From: a virus
Length of the DNA: 64,000 nt
IMG/VR virus record: IMGVR_UViG_3300027754_005987
Location: 32,001-96,000 of that record
Direction: 5' to 3' (one strand)
Position 1 is the stretch's first letter, and every line of letters starts with the position of its first letter. The position numbers and the translations under genes were made by a program. This document shows positions 27,988-37,402 of the stretch, one piece after another. The notes beneath the pieces were generated by a model. That model was not told the origin of the DNA, did no database searches, and saw only the letters and a program-made list of their open reading frames with translations.

Positions 27988-29826
27988 ATGTCACATTTAT
28001 TAACATCTGGACAAGTTGGAAATATTGGTTTAAACCATATGAAAGCTATCCGTAAAGAAACACAATCTAAATGGGATTCTTTAGGCTTCTTAGAAGGTCT
28101 TAGAGGTCACGTAAAAGAAAACATCGCTCAATTATATGAAAACCAAGCGTCTACATTATTAAGCGAGTCTACAACAGCTACTAACTCTGGTTCTTTTGAA
28201 ACAGTTGTTTTCCCTATCGTAAGACGTGTTTTCTCTAAATTATTAGCTAACGACATCGTGTCTGTACAAGCTATGAACATGCCAATTGGTAAATTATTCT
28301 TTTTCGTACCACAAACTTCTAGCCGTGTTGACGGTGCTGGTGTTGCTGGTAGTGATTATACCTCTACAGCATCTTCTGATGTTTATGGTACTACTTACTC
28401 TGCACACACTTCATTTGCATCTAACGGAATTCCTTCATGTGTATTGCCAGCTGCTGGAACATGTGTTGTAACACCTTTCGAAGCTAAAAACTTGTACGAT
28501 ATTTTCTACAATGATGGTTTATTTGATAACTCTAAAGGTACTTTAACTATCCGTACTCACGCTAGCTTACCTAAATTAACTTTTAATTCTAATGGTGATT
28601 TTAGTAACCCTGTAGTTGGTACTGGTACTTTGCCTACTGCTACTGATGGTTCATTAAGAGAAATCATCGTTAACGTTTCTGGTTTTTCACCAAACAACAC
28701 AAACAAACAAGTAATGACAGGTGCTGATGGTAACCAAATGGATACTGAATCTTTCTTAGCTTCTTTACAAATTGTTACTACTGCTAACATTTTAGACAGA
28801 GACGCTAACGTAGTTGTTGCTTCAAACAAATCTGTACCTTTTAGAGTTGTTACTCAAAAATATGGTAGAGGAATTGTTGATTATAATTCTATAACTGATG
28901 CTACAGGTACTATTTATTTAGCTTTAGACTTGACTCACCCAGTTGGAACAACTGCTACTGGTACTGCTGCTGCTGGTACTGCTACTTATGATGGTTATGT
29001 TGGTGCTTCTGCTACAACTGCATCTGCATTTACTTTTAACGCTGCATGGGCTGAATATGCTACATTAGAGCTTGAAACCGAAATGGGAGAAGTATCTTTC
29101 AAATTAGACGAAGTTGTTGTTGCTGTTGAAGAAAGAAAATTAAGAGCTACTTGGTCTCCAGAGCTTGCTCAAGACGTTAGTGCTTTCCACAACATCGATG
29201 CTGAAGCTGAATTAACAGCTATGTTATCTGAACAAGTTGCTGCTGAGATTGACCGTGAAATCCTTAGAGATTTGCGTAAAGCTGCTGCATGGCAATTGAG
29301 ATGGGATTACAATGGTTGGAGAAAAGCTTCTACCGCTGCAAGTCCATATACTCAAAAAGAATGGAATCAAACTTTGATTACTCGTGTTAATCAAGTATCT
29401 GCTCAAATACATAAATCTACTCTTAGAGGTGGTGCTAACTTTATCGTTGTATCTTCTGAAATCTCTGCTATTTTTGATGATTTAGAATATTTCCACGTAA
29501 GTGATGCTAACCCAGAGCAAGACCAATACAACATGGGTATTGAAAGAATTGGAACTTTAAGTGGTCGTTACCAAGTGTATCGTGACCCTTATGCACCAGC
29601 TTACTCAGTAGTTATTGGACATAAAGGAAAATCATTATTGGATACTGGTTATATCTACGCACCATACGTGCCGTTACAATTAACCCCAACAATGTACAAT
29701 CCATTTAACTTTGCTCCAGTTAAAGGTATCATGACACGTTACGCTAAAAAAGTTGTGAACAATAGGTTCTATGGCCATGTAAGAGTGGACGGTGTACCTA
29801 CATTCAATGTTAACGAATTACGTTAA
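27988..29826 (+). CDS. gp23: Major capsid protein (T4 gp23-like)
   Basis: PIVRRVF, VSVQAM, RKLRATWSPELAQD, AEAEL..MLSEQVAAEIDREI, YAPYVPL, GIMTRY. Confidence 0.96.
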   Translation: MSHLLTSGQVGNIGLNHMKAIRKETQSKWDSLGFLEGLRGHVKENIAQLYENQASTLLSESTTATNSGSFETVVFPIVRRVFSKLLANDIVSVQAMNMPIGKLFFFVPQTSSRVDGAGVAGSDYTSTASSDVYGTTYSAHTSFASNGIPSCVLPAAGTCVVTPFEAKNLYDIFYNDGLFDNSKGTLTIRTHASLPKLTFNSNGDFSNPVVGTGTLPTATDGSLREIIVNVSGFSPNNTNKQVMTGADGNQMDTESFLASLQIVTTANILDRDANVVVASNKSVPFRVVTQKYGRGIVDYNSITDATGTIYLALDLTHPVGTTATGTAAAGTATYDGYVGASATTASAFTFNAAWAEYATLELETEMGEVSFKLDEVVVAVEERKLRATWSPELAQDVSAFHNIDAEAELTAMLSEQVAAEIDREILRDLRKAAAWQLRWDYNGWRKASTAASPYTQKEWNQTLITRVNQVSAQIHKSTLRGGANFIVVSSEISAIFDDLEYFHVSDANPEQDQYNMGIERIGTLSGRYQVYRDPYAPAYSVVIGHKGKSLLDTGYIYAPYVPLQLTPTMYNPFNFAPVKGIMTRYAKKVVNNRFYGHVRVDGVPTFNVNELR

Positions 29827-29847
29827 TCGTAACTAAAATAAAACTTA

Positions 29848-29876
29848 AAAGGTGGATAATATTATCCACCTTTTTT
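29848..29876 (+). terminator. Intrinsic terminator after the capsid gene
   Basis: aaaggtggataa-ta-ttatccacctttttt. Confidence 0.9.
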
Positions 29877-29887
29877 GTTTTAAATAC

Positions 29888-29918
29888 TTGACTTTATTAA
29901 CGATTATTAGTATATTTG
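29888..29918 (+). promoter_or_regulatory. Bacteroidota-type promoter
   Basis: TTG-N20-TATATTTG ending 4 nt before ATG 29923. Confidence 0.75.
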
Positions 29919-29922
29919 TATT

Positions 29923-30612
29923 ATGAGTAGGAAAATAGAATTAACCCAAGAACAATTAGCTGAGTGTCTTAAAATGTATAATGAAGAATTACTTGGTTCA
30001 ACTACCATTAGTGAAAAGATGGGAATACATAAAACAATAATTATTAGAACACTTAAAGAAAATGGTGTTGAATTGGGACCGTCTGGACGAAGAAATATTG
30101 GTGGTAAATCAGTTGCACAAAAAAAATATGAATTAAAACCAGAAGTAAAAGCTAAACGAAGTGAATACCATAAAGATTGGTCAGCTGATAATCGTGAAAC
30201 CTTACGAAAGTATCATGGAACTTGGAGAGAAGATAATAAAGAACATGTAAATAAATATAAGCGTGATTATGAACGTAAAAGACGTGCTGAGGACCCAAAG
30301 TATAGATTAGGTGTTAGAACTCGCACAGCGGTATGGCAATTACTTAAAGAGCGTAACATCAACAAGACCAATAAAACATTTGAATTACTTGGATATACAT
30401 TGGAAGAGCTAATGGTTCATTTAGAGAAACAATTCACCGAAGGTATGACATGGGATAATTATGGTGAATGGCATGTTGACCATAAGATACCGATGGCCAG
30501 TTTTAATTTCGAAACAACAGATGATAGAGAATTTAAACTATGTTGGTGTTTGGCTAATCTTCAGCCTCTGTGGGGACCAGATAATTTAATCAAGGGAACA
30601 AAACTTTTATGA
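29923..30612 (+). CDS. Free-standing HNH homing endonuclease with N-terminal HTH-like region
   Basis: MTWDNYGEWHVDHKIP...NLQPLW..DNLIKG. Confidence 0.85.
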   Translation: MSRKIELTQEQLAECLKMYNEELLGSTTISEKMGIHKTIIIRTLKENGVELGPSGRRNIGGKSVAQKKYELKPEVKAKRSEYHKDWSADNRETLRKYHGTWREDNKEHVNKYKRDYERKRRAEDPKYRLGVRTRTAVWQLLKERNINKTNKTFELLGYTLEELMVHLEKQFTEGMTWDNYGEWHVDHKIPMASFNFETTDDREFKLCWCLANLQPLWGPDNLIKGTKLL

Positions 30613-30632
30613 GTTCTGGGATATTTATTAGT

Positions 30633-31181
30633 ATGAAAGAGTTTATTAAAAAGTTATTAAGGGAAGGTTTAATTGATGATTTTGATTTTGAAGTTGAGAA
30701 TCATGGTAAAGTTATTCATAGTGAAATTAAAGTTAAAGATATTGAATTATCGTTATATAGGGGACTTAGAAATCAATTTGATAATACTAAAGCACATCCA
30801 GAGTTAGTTCCATATGGTAATGATTATATGTTAGTTGCTTCAAAATTTCCCGATAAATTGATATGGTTTACTAACGATATTGAATTTGCAAAAAAATATG
30901 ATGGTTATGCGTTAATAATATATAAGTTACCAGTTAAAAAACATGAAAAAATAGTGACTTATGAAGATGGTTATACAACAACAGATTATATAGATAATAA
31001 TGATATTATGATTTCTGGGTATGGTAATACACAGATAAAACAAGACCCTTATAATAATAATAGTTTTTATGCTGGTATTGAATTACCAGAGCATTGGTAT
31101 TGGTCTTATAAAGTAGAAAAGCATATTGTTTGTGATAAGGATTTAATCATACCATGGAAAAACATTAAGTATAATGATTAA
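30633..31181 (+). CDS. ART-like protein with MKEFIKKLLRE leader
   Basis: LYRGL...IWFTNDIEFAKKY pattern; start moved to ATG 30633, just after TATTTATT (30622-30629). Confidence 0.6.
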   Translation: MKEFIKKLLREGLIDDFDFEVENHGKVIHSEIKVKDIELSLYRGLRNQFDNTKAHPELVPYGNDYMLVASKFPDKLIWFTNDIEFAKKYDGYALIIYKLPVKKHEKIVTYEDGYTTTDYIDNNDIMISGYGNTQIKQDPYNNNSFYAGIELPEHWYWSYKVEKHIVCDKDLIIPWKNIKYND

Positions 31182-31669
31182 AGCATTTTATTCCACCAAG
31201 GTAGTTCATTAAATTCTTTTAATGTTTCATCAAGATAAGAAATATCTAACACCCATTTATAATGTGAACGCTTAAAATAAAGACTAAAAACATCAGTTAG
31301 ATAATCTTGAACTTCTTTTTCATTCATCCCATTAACTTTAATTAATTGTTTAATTACAATATCAATTTCACCTTTTATTTTTGCAAGGCCTGGATGTTTT
31401 ACTTTATGACAATATGGACATAATGAAATTAAACCAGTTAATTTTTGTCTATAATTTTTATCATCATATTCCCATATTTCATGGCATTCAACATCGTGGT
31501 TAAACCCTTGATTTTTACCAGTATCACCACATATTTCACATTTATTGCCAGCAGATTCATAAGATTTATTTCTTAAATAATCCCATTCTTTTTCTGACAC
31601 ATTGCTTCTAACGTTATTATACCAGCTAGTACTAGGAACTATCTCTGATGTTAATTTATATTGTGACAT
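31178..31669 (-). CDS. HNH endonuclease family protein
   Basis: CEICG...CHEIWEY...LCPYCHKVKH. Confidence 0.8.
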   Translation of the reverse strand: MSQYKLTSEIVPSTSWYNNVRSNVSEKEWDYLRNKSYESAGNKCEICGDTGKNQGFNHDVECHEIWEYDDKNYRQKLTGLISLCPYCHKVKHPGLAKIKGEIDIVIKQLIKVNGMNEKEVQDYLTDVFSLYFKRSHYKWVLDISYLDETLKEFNELPWWNKML

Positions 31670-31671
31670 AA

Positions 31672-31848
31672 TTAATATCCGTTATTATGCGAATCGTCAA
31701 AATTTAAGTTTTCTTTAAAATTTTCCATTATCTTAGGTAACCCATTAAAATAAGCTCTAATTTTTTTACCTAATTCGTTATCATTTGGGGTTTCCAATAC
31801 TATTTTTTTAATATCTAATAGAGTGGCTTCTAATAATTCTTGATACAT
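31672..31848 (-). CDS. 58-aa small protein not in the ORF track
   Basis: Reads MYQELLEATLLDIKKIVLETPNDNELGKKIRAYF...NGY*; follows a promoter and ends 2 nt before the next ATG. Confidence 0.7.
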   Translation of the reverse strand: MYQELLEATLLDIKKIVLETPNDNELGKKIRAYFNGLPKIMENFKENLNFDDSHNNGY

Positions 31849-31865
31849 AACAATAAGTTTTTTTA

Positions 31866-31895
31866 CAAATATACATAAAAAAACCTAAGATTCAA
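31866..31895 (-). promoter_or_regulatory. Bacteroidota-type promoter overlapping a terminator hairpin
   Basis: TTG(31895-31893)-N19-TATATTTG(31873-31866). Confidence 0.7.
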
Positions 31896-31905
31896 GTCTT
31901 AGGTT
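31877..31905 (-). terminator. Intrinsic terminator of the minus-strand structural operon
   Basis: aacctaaga-ttcaag-tcttaggtt with U-tract on the minus strand. Confidence 0.75.
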
Positions 31906-31913
31906 ATATTTTT

Positions 31914-32252
31914 TTATTGAAATTCTGGTCCTTGTTCACAAATTGTTGATTGTATTTGCGTCCAATAAGTATCGGCTTCATCTGGCATACTATCACCAGA
32001 CATATAACCTGTTTTTACTTGACCGTCAATTTTAATTTGTTCTTGTTTAAGATTTTCCAAAGGCGCATGTATTTTTTGCATAATTCTAGTTCTAGTTGCT
32101 TCATCAATACCTTTCATAGCTTCCTCAACATAATGCAATGCTTCCGAATAAGAATTAATAGTCATTTTGTTACAAATAGTTTGAGTAGCTTTATTCATAT
32201 TCTGACCATCAATCATTTGTTCTCTAAGTTTTTCCCTAATAAAGTTTTTCAT
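31914..32252 (-). CDS. Hypothetical protein with MKNFIREKLRE leader
   Basis: 112-aa ORF. Confidence 0.75.
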   Translation of the reverse strand: MKNFIREKLREQMIDGQNMNKATQTICNKMTINSYSEALHYVEEAMKGIDEATRTRIMQKIHAPLENLKQEQIKIDGQVKTGYMSGDSMPDEADTYWTQIQSTICEQGPEFQ

Positions 32253-32253
32253 A

Positions 32254-33660
32254 CTATTGTCCCTTTCTTAATTCGACTTGATTTACTATTTCAAACGATA
32301 TTATATTTTTTAATGTTGTAACTTCTAAATTAGAAGTTGCTAATATGTCTAAGTAATATTTATTAGGTATAAGACTTTCAGTATCTATTAGGAAATAATA
32401 ATAATTATTAGCCATTTCAACTGGTTGAAAATCAATAACAGTTAATTCAGCTGAACCTTCAGACACATAAAGTCTATATTTAAGGTCATCAATTGCTTGA
32501 GTTTGTTCAACAGTATATGGAATTCTAGCAGACACAATTACTTTTTTAATGTCACCACGTTTAATTTTTTCATTATTTTGTATTCCAGATACCGTTACAG
32601 CAACTTTTTTAGGTAAAGAATCATTATTACCAATGTTATAATAATCCATAGAATTTTTCATTACAATATCAAGCTCTATATTTGGCCTAGAAACACCGTT
32701 TATACTTATTCCACTCCATACATCAGTATACATCGTACAATCGTTTAGAGCTGTCGTAGGGACTATTATATCGATAGAATAAACACCTTTGGTTACATGG
32801 TTAACATCTGATTGAGTATATGCTGAAAATAAGTTACCACTTTGGTCATATACTTTAACACTAGGTTTTGAATCTAAGTTGGTTGGGTTACCACCTAAAT
32901 TAACATAAAGATATAATTTGTTATTTTTATCTAAATAAAAATTATTTCTATCGTCTTTTATATGGTTGTCATATATTGTTTCAACAAATGGTTCATAGAA
33001 TGTTTGTGTGTTGTTGGTAAAAAAACCAACATATTGTAAACAATTTGTATTCATTAATTCATATGCCCTATCATATGCAATTCCTAATCCATAATTAGTG
33101 TTACCAGTTAACAAACCATTAACATAATCAGTAATATCCATTTCTATATTTTCATTACCTTTATCAAAATGTTGTACAGATACAGTTATACCACTAGGGC
33201 TACCTGAATAAACACCAGTACCGTTTAACCAATTAAAACCAGTTTTAGGGTATGTCCAAGTTGATGGTGCATTTGAGAATGCACACTCACCGTTTATTAA
33301 CCCACATATTTCAAAATCATAACCAACACCATTATCCCAATCTTGATTTATTTTAAATGCTATTAGGTCAAATGAAGATGTTCTTTTTTTAGTGTTCATC
33401 ATTCCATTTAATAACCCTTTATCAAATAAACCTGTATTTGTTAATCTAAGAGTGTGTTTTAGTTTTGTTAAATCGGTTATCGTACCACCAGTATATAATG
33501 ATTTAAGTCTTGTTTCATCAAAATGAAATAAGAATCTACTATATTGTTGTTGATTCACTGGGCCACCGTAAAACAATTCAGTTACTGGGTTTAAACCAGT
33601 ATTAACATCTAAATTACTTACTATTGTGTTGTTTTTATCGAAGTAGGTCCTAAATACCAT
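32254..33660 (-). CDS. Putative virion structural protein
   Basis: 468 aa, beta-rich; TATTTATA motif upstream (33697-33704); next to baseplate genes. Confidence 0.7.
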   Translation of the reverse strand: MVFRTYFDKNNTIVSNLDVNTGLNPVTELFYGGPVNQQQYSRFLFHFDETRLKSLYTGGTITDLTKLKHTLRLTNTGLFDKGLLNGMMNTKKRTSSFDLIAFKINQDWDNGVGYDFEICGLINGECAFSNAPSTWTYPKTGFNWLNGTGVYSGSPSGITVSVQHFDKGNENIEMDITDYVNGLLTGNTNYGLGIAYDRAYELMNTNCLQYVGFFTNNTQTFYEPFVETIYDNHIKDDRNNFYLDKNNKLYLYVNLGGNPTNLDSKPSVKVYDQSGNLFSAYTQSDVNHVTKGVYSIDIIVPTTALNDCTMYTDVWSGISINGVSRPNIELDIVMKNSMDYYNIGNNDSLPKKVAVTVSGIQNNEKIKRGDIKKVIVSARIPYTVEQTQAIDDLKYRLYVSEGSAELTVIDFQPVEMANNYYYFLIDTESLIPNKYYLDILATSNLEVTTLKNIISFEIVNQVELRKGQ

Positions 33661-33762
33661 ATTTATTAATTATTTTAAACTTATTATTCATATACATATA
33701 AATATCTTTAATTTTATAATTAAATACTTTATTGTATTTATAAAAAGATAAAATAACCGATA

Positions 33763-34785
33763 TTAGTTTATCCTTATATTTTTACTTAACATTGATTTTT
33801 CTAAATCATCAGCTCTTTTTTTAAATGCTGCAATTGCTTGAATATTTCCAGATGCTGTTAAGTCTGTTGCTGGGTTTCCATTACCATTATGCACATGTGA
33901 TAATAGTGCATTTTTCATAAGCCTAAGATACTCTAGTAAAACATCTCCAAATGGTAATTGATGGGCAGTGTTTAATATTGTTTCTAATTCAGAATCACTA
34001 ATTAAAGTGTTTTTTTCTGTAATGTTAAATGTTGGACTACCATCTTTGTGCGTTAATAAATTAATTTTATTTGCAACAATATTTGTAACACTACCAAATT
34101 CATTGGCTGCGCCTAACTTAACATCGTTTTTTATTTGTATATATGCTTGCGTTTTAGTATTATATCTAAATGGATATGGGTTTTGTTGTGATGGTGTTGA
34201 CTCTACAAATTTACCAGCCCTTATAACTATTTCATTATGTTTTTGTGTTATATCGGTGTTGTATCGTCCTTGTATGCTAACATCTTGTAAGTCAGGAAAT
34301 ATACCAATAGTTTCCTTTATTGTTCTTACATCTTTACTTGGGTTTTTATTTGAAATACTTAAACCACCTAATGGTGAAAATTTGTATGGTTCTAATGATA
34401 GGTTTTGTTCTTGTGATATTATTGGTCCAAAATATAATCTATCAATGAATGGTTTATCTATATCAAATGAGAAAACAAATACAGCTTCACCAACTTTAGG
34501 TTGTGCTGAAATTAATTTTGACATCATAGGTATAGCCCATGGAAGAACGCTACTATCTATCTTTCCATTAGCATCTATAAGTCCAGTGGTATCGTCATCA
34601 CCACCACGCGATGCTGGACCATATATTCTTACTTTTATCCTACCCATTGGGTCTGGCAAACCTGTTTTGGTATCAATAACTGAAACGACTTCACCAACAG
34701 AAAAAATCTGGTTATATTTTATATCATTATAAAAACCAGTTCTATTAGTTGTTAATTTATTAGTACCTTCATTAATAAAATACAT
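33763..34785 (-). CDS. Baseplate hub/spike protein (gp5/VgrG-like OB fold)
   Basis: VVSVID...GRIKVRI...LPWAIP...PKVGEAVFV; C-terminal HVH like spike-tip metal sites. Confidence 0.75.
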   Translation of the reverse strand: MYFINEGTNKLTTNRTGFYNDIKYNQIFSVGEVVSVIDTKTGLPDPMGRIKVRIYGPASRGGDDDTTGLIDANGKIDSSVLPWAIPMMSKLISAQPKVGEAVFVFSFDIDKPFIDRLYFGPIISQEQNLSLEPYKFSPLGGLSISNKNPSKDVRTIKETIGIFPDLQDVSIQGRYNTDITQKHNEIVIRAGKFVESTPSQQNPYPFRYNTKTQAYIQIKNDVKLGAANEFGSVTNIVANKINLLTHKDGSPTFNITEKNTLISDSELETILNTAHQLPFGDVLLEYLRLMKNALLSHVHNGNGNPATDLTASGNIQAIAAFKKRADDLEKSMLSKNIRIN

Positions 34786-34786
34786 C

Positions 34787-35005
34787 TTACTCCCCTTTTA
34801 ACCTTTTAAGTATTATTTTATTTGCTTTATCAAATTTTTTCTCCAATTCAACCATTTTATCATAATCTTTAATCATTCTTAATTTTATGGCTTCATGGTC
34901 AGCTTCATATTGTTTAATTTGAAACAGTATTTCATTGGTTGTCAAATCTTCTAGTTTTTCTACTAAAGGTTCTGTTGTATTAATTTTGTTTTCTAAATTT
35001 TCCAT
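34787..35005 (-). CDS. Small coiled-coil protein
   Basis: 72-aa ORF within the operon. Confidence 0.7.
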   Translation of the reverse strand: MENLENKINTTEPLVEKLEDLTTNEILFQIKQYEADHEAIKLRMIKDYDKMVELEKKFDKANKIILKRLKGE

Positions 35006-35009
35006 ATGT

Positions 35010-35429
35010 TTATCTAATTATTCCATTACCTACACCCATAATTGTTGTAGAACCAAATGATATTACTGGACCTGAAGGACTAGCACCAACAGTTGTAACA
35101 GAAACCCCAGGAGGTATAACTACATTAACAACTGATTCAGTAAGTAATGCGTTTATTATTTCTTCTACTCTAATTAATTCCATTTCTTCTTCCACATTTG
35201 GACCGTCAGCGAATACATCACCTACTTGTCTTCCAGATTCAGATTGTCTTGATATTATCCTAGCAGCTATTGTTCTTGCTGATAGGCCTGGCCTTAAATA
35301 AGAACCCACCATTACTAATGGTGGTGGTAAAGGTAATACAGGTGTTTCTGGAACACTAAAAGCCGCTAGTATTGTATTAAGGACACCACTTATGGTTCCT
35401 AAATCAAATGTTTTGTTATTATCTGCCAT
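35010..35429 (-). CDS. Putative baseplate-associated protein
   Basis: 139 aa; RPGLSA, IPPG..V.TVG...GPV. Confidence 0.7.
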   Translation of the reverse strand: MADNNKTFDLGTISGVLNTILAAFSVPETPVLPLPPPLVMVGSYLRPGLSARTIAARIISRQSESGRQVGDVFADGPNVEEEMELIRVEEIINALLTESVVNVVIPPGVSVTTVGASPSGPVISFGSTTIMGVGNGIIR

Positions 35430-36940
35430 TATGTTAATCCTTTAAGTGCTCTAAGCCCGTCTTGAGGAACTCCTGCTAGACTTGCTATTTGAGATTTTCT
35501 ATTATTAGCTTTTTCTATTAATTTTTTAGCAGCTATTTTAGCGGTTAATTGACCAACATATACTAAAACTACTTTCATTAATTCTTTAACTACTCTTTCA
35601 GTTATTTTTTTAATTATTAATTTTATTAAATTTCTACATAGTTTTATATAGTCAACTGAATCAGCATAATCAGATGCTTGACCGTAAACTATTTTTTGGT
35701 TTATTGATGTTATAGTTACAATTTTAGGTGATATAACTGCTGACGCTGAAGACTTAATCAACGAGTTTATCATTTGTTGAATGAAATCTAATTTTAAAGA
35801 TATATTATCAGATGGGTTTTCAGAATTAACCGTATTTTGTTCAGCCATTTTATTTATGTTATTTATAATGACTTCTTTCTTGTTTAGAATACCTGCATCA
35901 TTCATTTCATTATTAAAATCAGTTAAAAAAGAAATTGGCATTGAGACAGCTACTTTTTGACAACAATCTAATTTAGTAATACCTTTTTTTCTTAATAGTG
36001 CTTGTTCTTGTTGTCTATACACATCATCATTTGTAAAAGTAAAATAACTATCATCTATCGATTCTTTATTATTTGAATCTATTAGCCTATCAATAATATC
36101 ATTTAGTTTAGCCTCCATTTGTAATTGTTTAAGGCTTTTTTTAGCAGTTGACGATATTGTACCATATATTGTATCTATTGCGTTATTAACTACTTTATTA
36201 GTGTCAATAATTGGTCCCTTATTAATAAATGAATTGTTTAGTTCTATTAATTTTTTTGAAGAAAAACTAGGGTTAGCTTTTATTGTAATTGTGTTATTTG
36301 GTCTAGTGGCGTTACCTAAAGAGTTAAAAGTTATGTCTAACATATTATCCCATGTATATTGAACACCATCATCCTGAATAACACCATATAAAAATGTATT
36401 AAAATCGCTACTATTTGTTAACGGATTTGTTATATCATTATAGATAAGTTTTCCAGCTTCATCATTTGGACTTATTTTAAATATATCTAAAAAATCTATT
36501 TTAGATACTTCTAAAACAACCCCAGGATTATTTAAAAAGCTTGGTATTGTAGGGTTCACACCACAACTAACAATGCTTTTAAGCTCTTCTTTTAAAGAAT
36601 TTTTAATTAATTCTTCAATTTCATCCATGTTCTTATACAAAAAACTAACAACGACTTCTATTAAAGCACTATAACCAATCAATGATTTTATCATATCACT
36701 TAAAAAACTAAGTGAATTACCGTCATTGTTTATTGATGACATGGATGACGTATTTTTTTGTTTAGTCAACCCATCAACAAATGCTTTAGCAGCTGCTATT
36801 TTCCCAAAAATCTTCTTCTTTTTAGCAACAGTACCAGATTTGAATTTATTGAACTTACCACTTATTTTAGCAGTTTTATCATTTATTTTGCTATTTTGCT
36901 TATCAGCATTAGCATTTATGTTTTCTGCATTTATAGGCAT
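35429..36940 (-). CDS. Hypothetical, probably structural, protein
   Basis: 503-aa ORF in the baseplate-region operon. Confidence 0.75.
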   Translation of the reverse strand: MPINAENINANADKQNSKINDKTAKISGKFNKFKSGTVAKKKKIFGKIAAAKAFVDGLTKQKNTSSMSSINNDGNSLSFLSDMIKSLIGYSALIEVVVSFLYKNMDEIEELIKNSLKEELKSIVSCGVNPTIPSFLNNPGVVLEVSKIDFLDIFKISPNDEAGKLIYNDITNPLTNSSDFNTFLYGVIQDDGVQYTWDNMLDITFNSLGNATRPNNTITIKANPSFSSKKLIELNNSFINKGPIIDTNKVVNNAIDTIYGTISSTAKKSLKQLQMEAKLNDIIDRLIDSNNKESIDDSYFTFTNDDVYRQQEQALLRKKGITKLDCCQKVAVSMPISFLTDFNNEMNDAGILNKKEVIINNINKMAEQNTVNSENPSDNISLKLDFIQQMINSLIKSSASAVISPKIVTITSINQKIVYGQASDYADSVDYIKLCRNLIKLIIKKITERVVKELMKVVLVYVGQLTAKIAAKKLIEKANNRKSQIASLAGVPQDGLRALKGLT

Positions 36941-36942
36941 GT

Positions 36943-37329
36943 TTATTCAGATTCGTTTTCCTCGTTATTTTTTTCTTTTTTAAGCATCTCTCTAATTGAT
37001 TTAAAATCACTTAAGGATGCAGAACCACTACTTCTTTCTGATACTGCCGAATCAACATCTCCACGATTCTTAATTATGTCGCTTTGAAGTTTAGCAATTT
37101 CTAGTTTTATTCTAATACTAGAATCTTTTATTTTCAAAAGATTGCCTTTTTCTTTAGCTATTTTAGTAAGGTCATCAACGTCTGTTGGTGTTGCACTTGC
37201 TGCTAATTCATTTATTGTTTTTTGGGCATCATTTATTTGTAAACAAGCATCGTTATAGGTTTCTTGCATTAAGTTTTCTAAACTACTATTGTCGTTTACT
37301 TTTACATCTGTTTTCTTTTTACGTGGCAT
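36943..37329 (-). CDS. Hypothetical helical protein
   Basis: 128 aa; TATTTATA upstream at 37366-37373. Confidence 0.75.
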   Translation of the reverse strand: MPRKKKTDVKVNDNSSLENLMQETYNDACLQINDAQKTINELAASATPTDVDDLTKIAKEKGNLLKIKDSSIRIKLEIAKLQSDIIKNRGDVDSAVSERSSGSASLSDFKSIREMLKKEKNNEENESE

Positions 37330-37402
37330 TTTCGTTTGGTTTTAATAATTATAATAGTTATTTACTATAAATACCTAGTTTTAGCGTTTTATTCGATTAT
37401 AT

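Noticed and set aside
36943-37329. Terminase small subunit
   Set aside because: Size and helical character fit, but no recognisable motif and it is far from terL.
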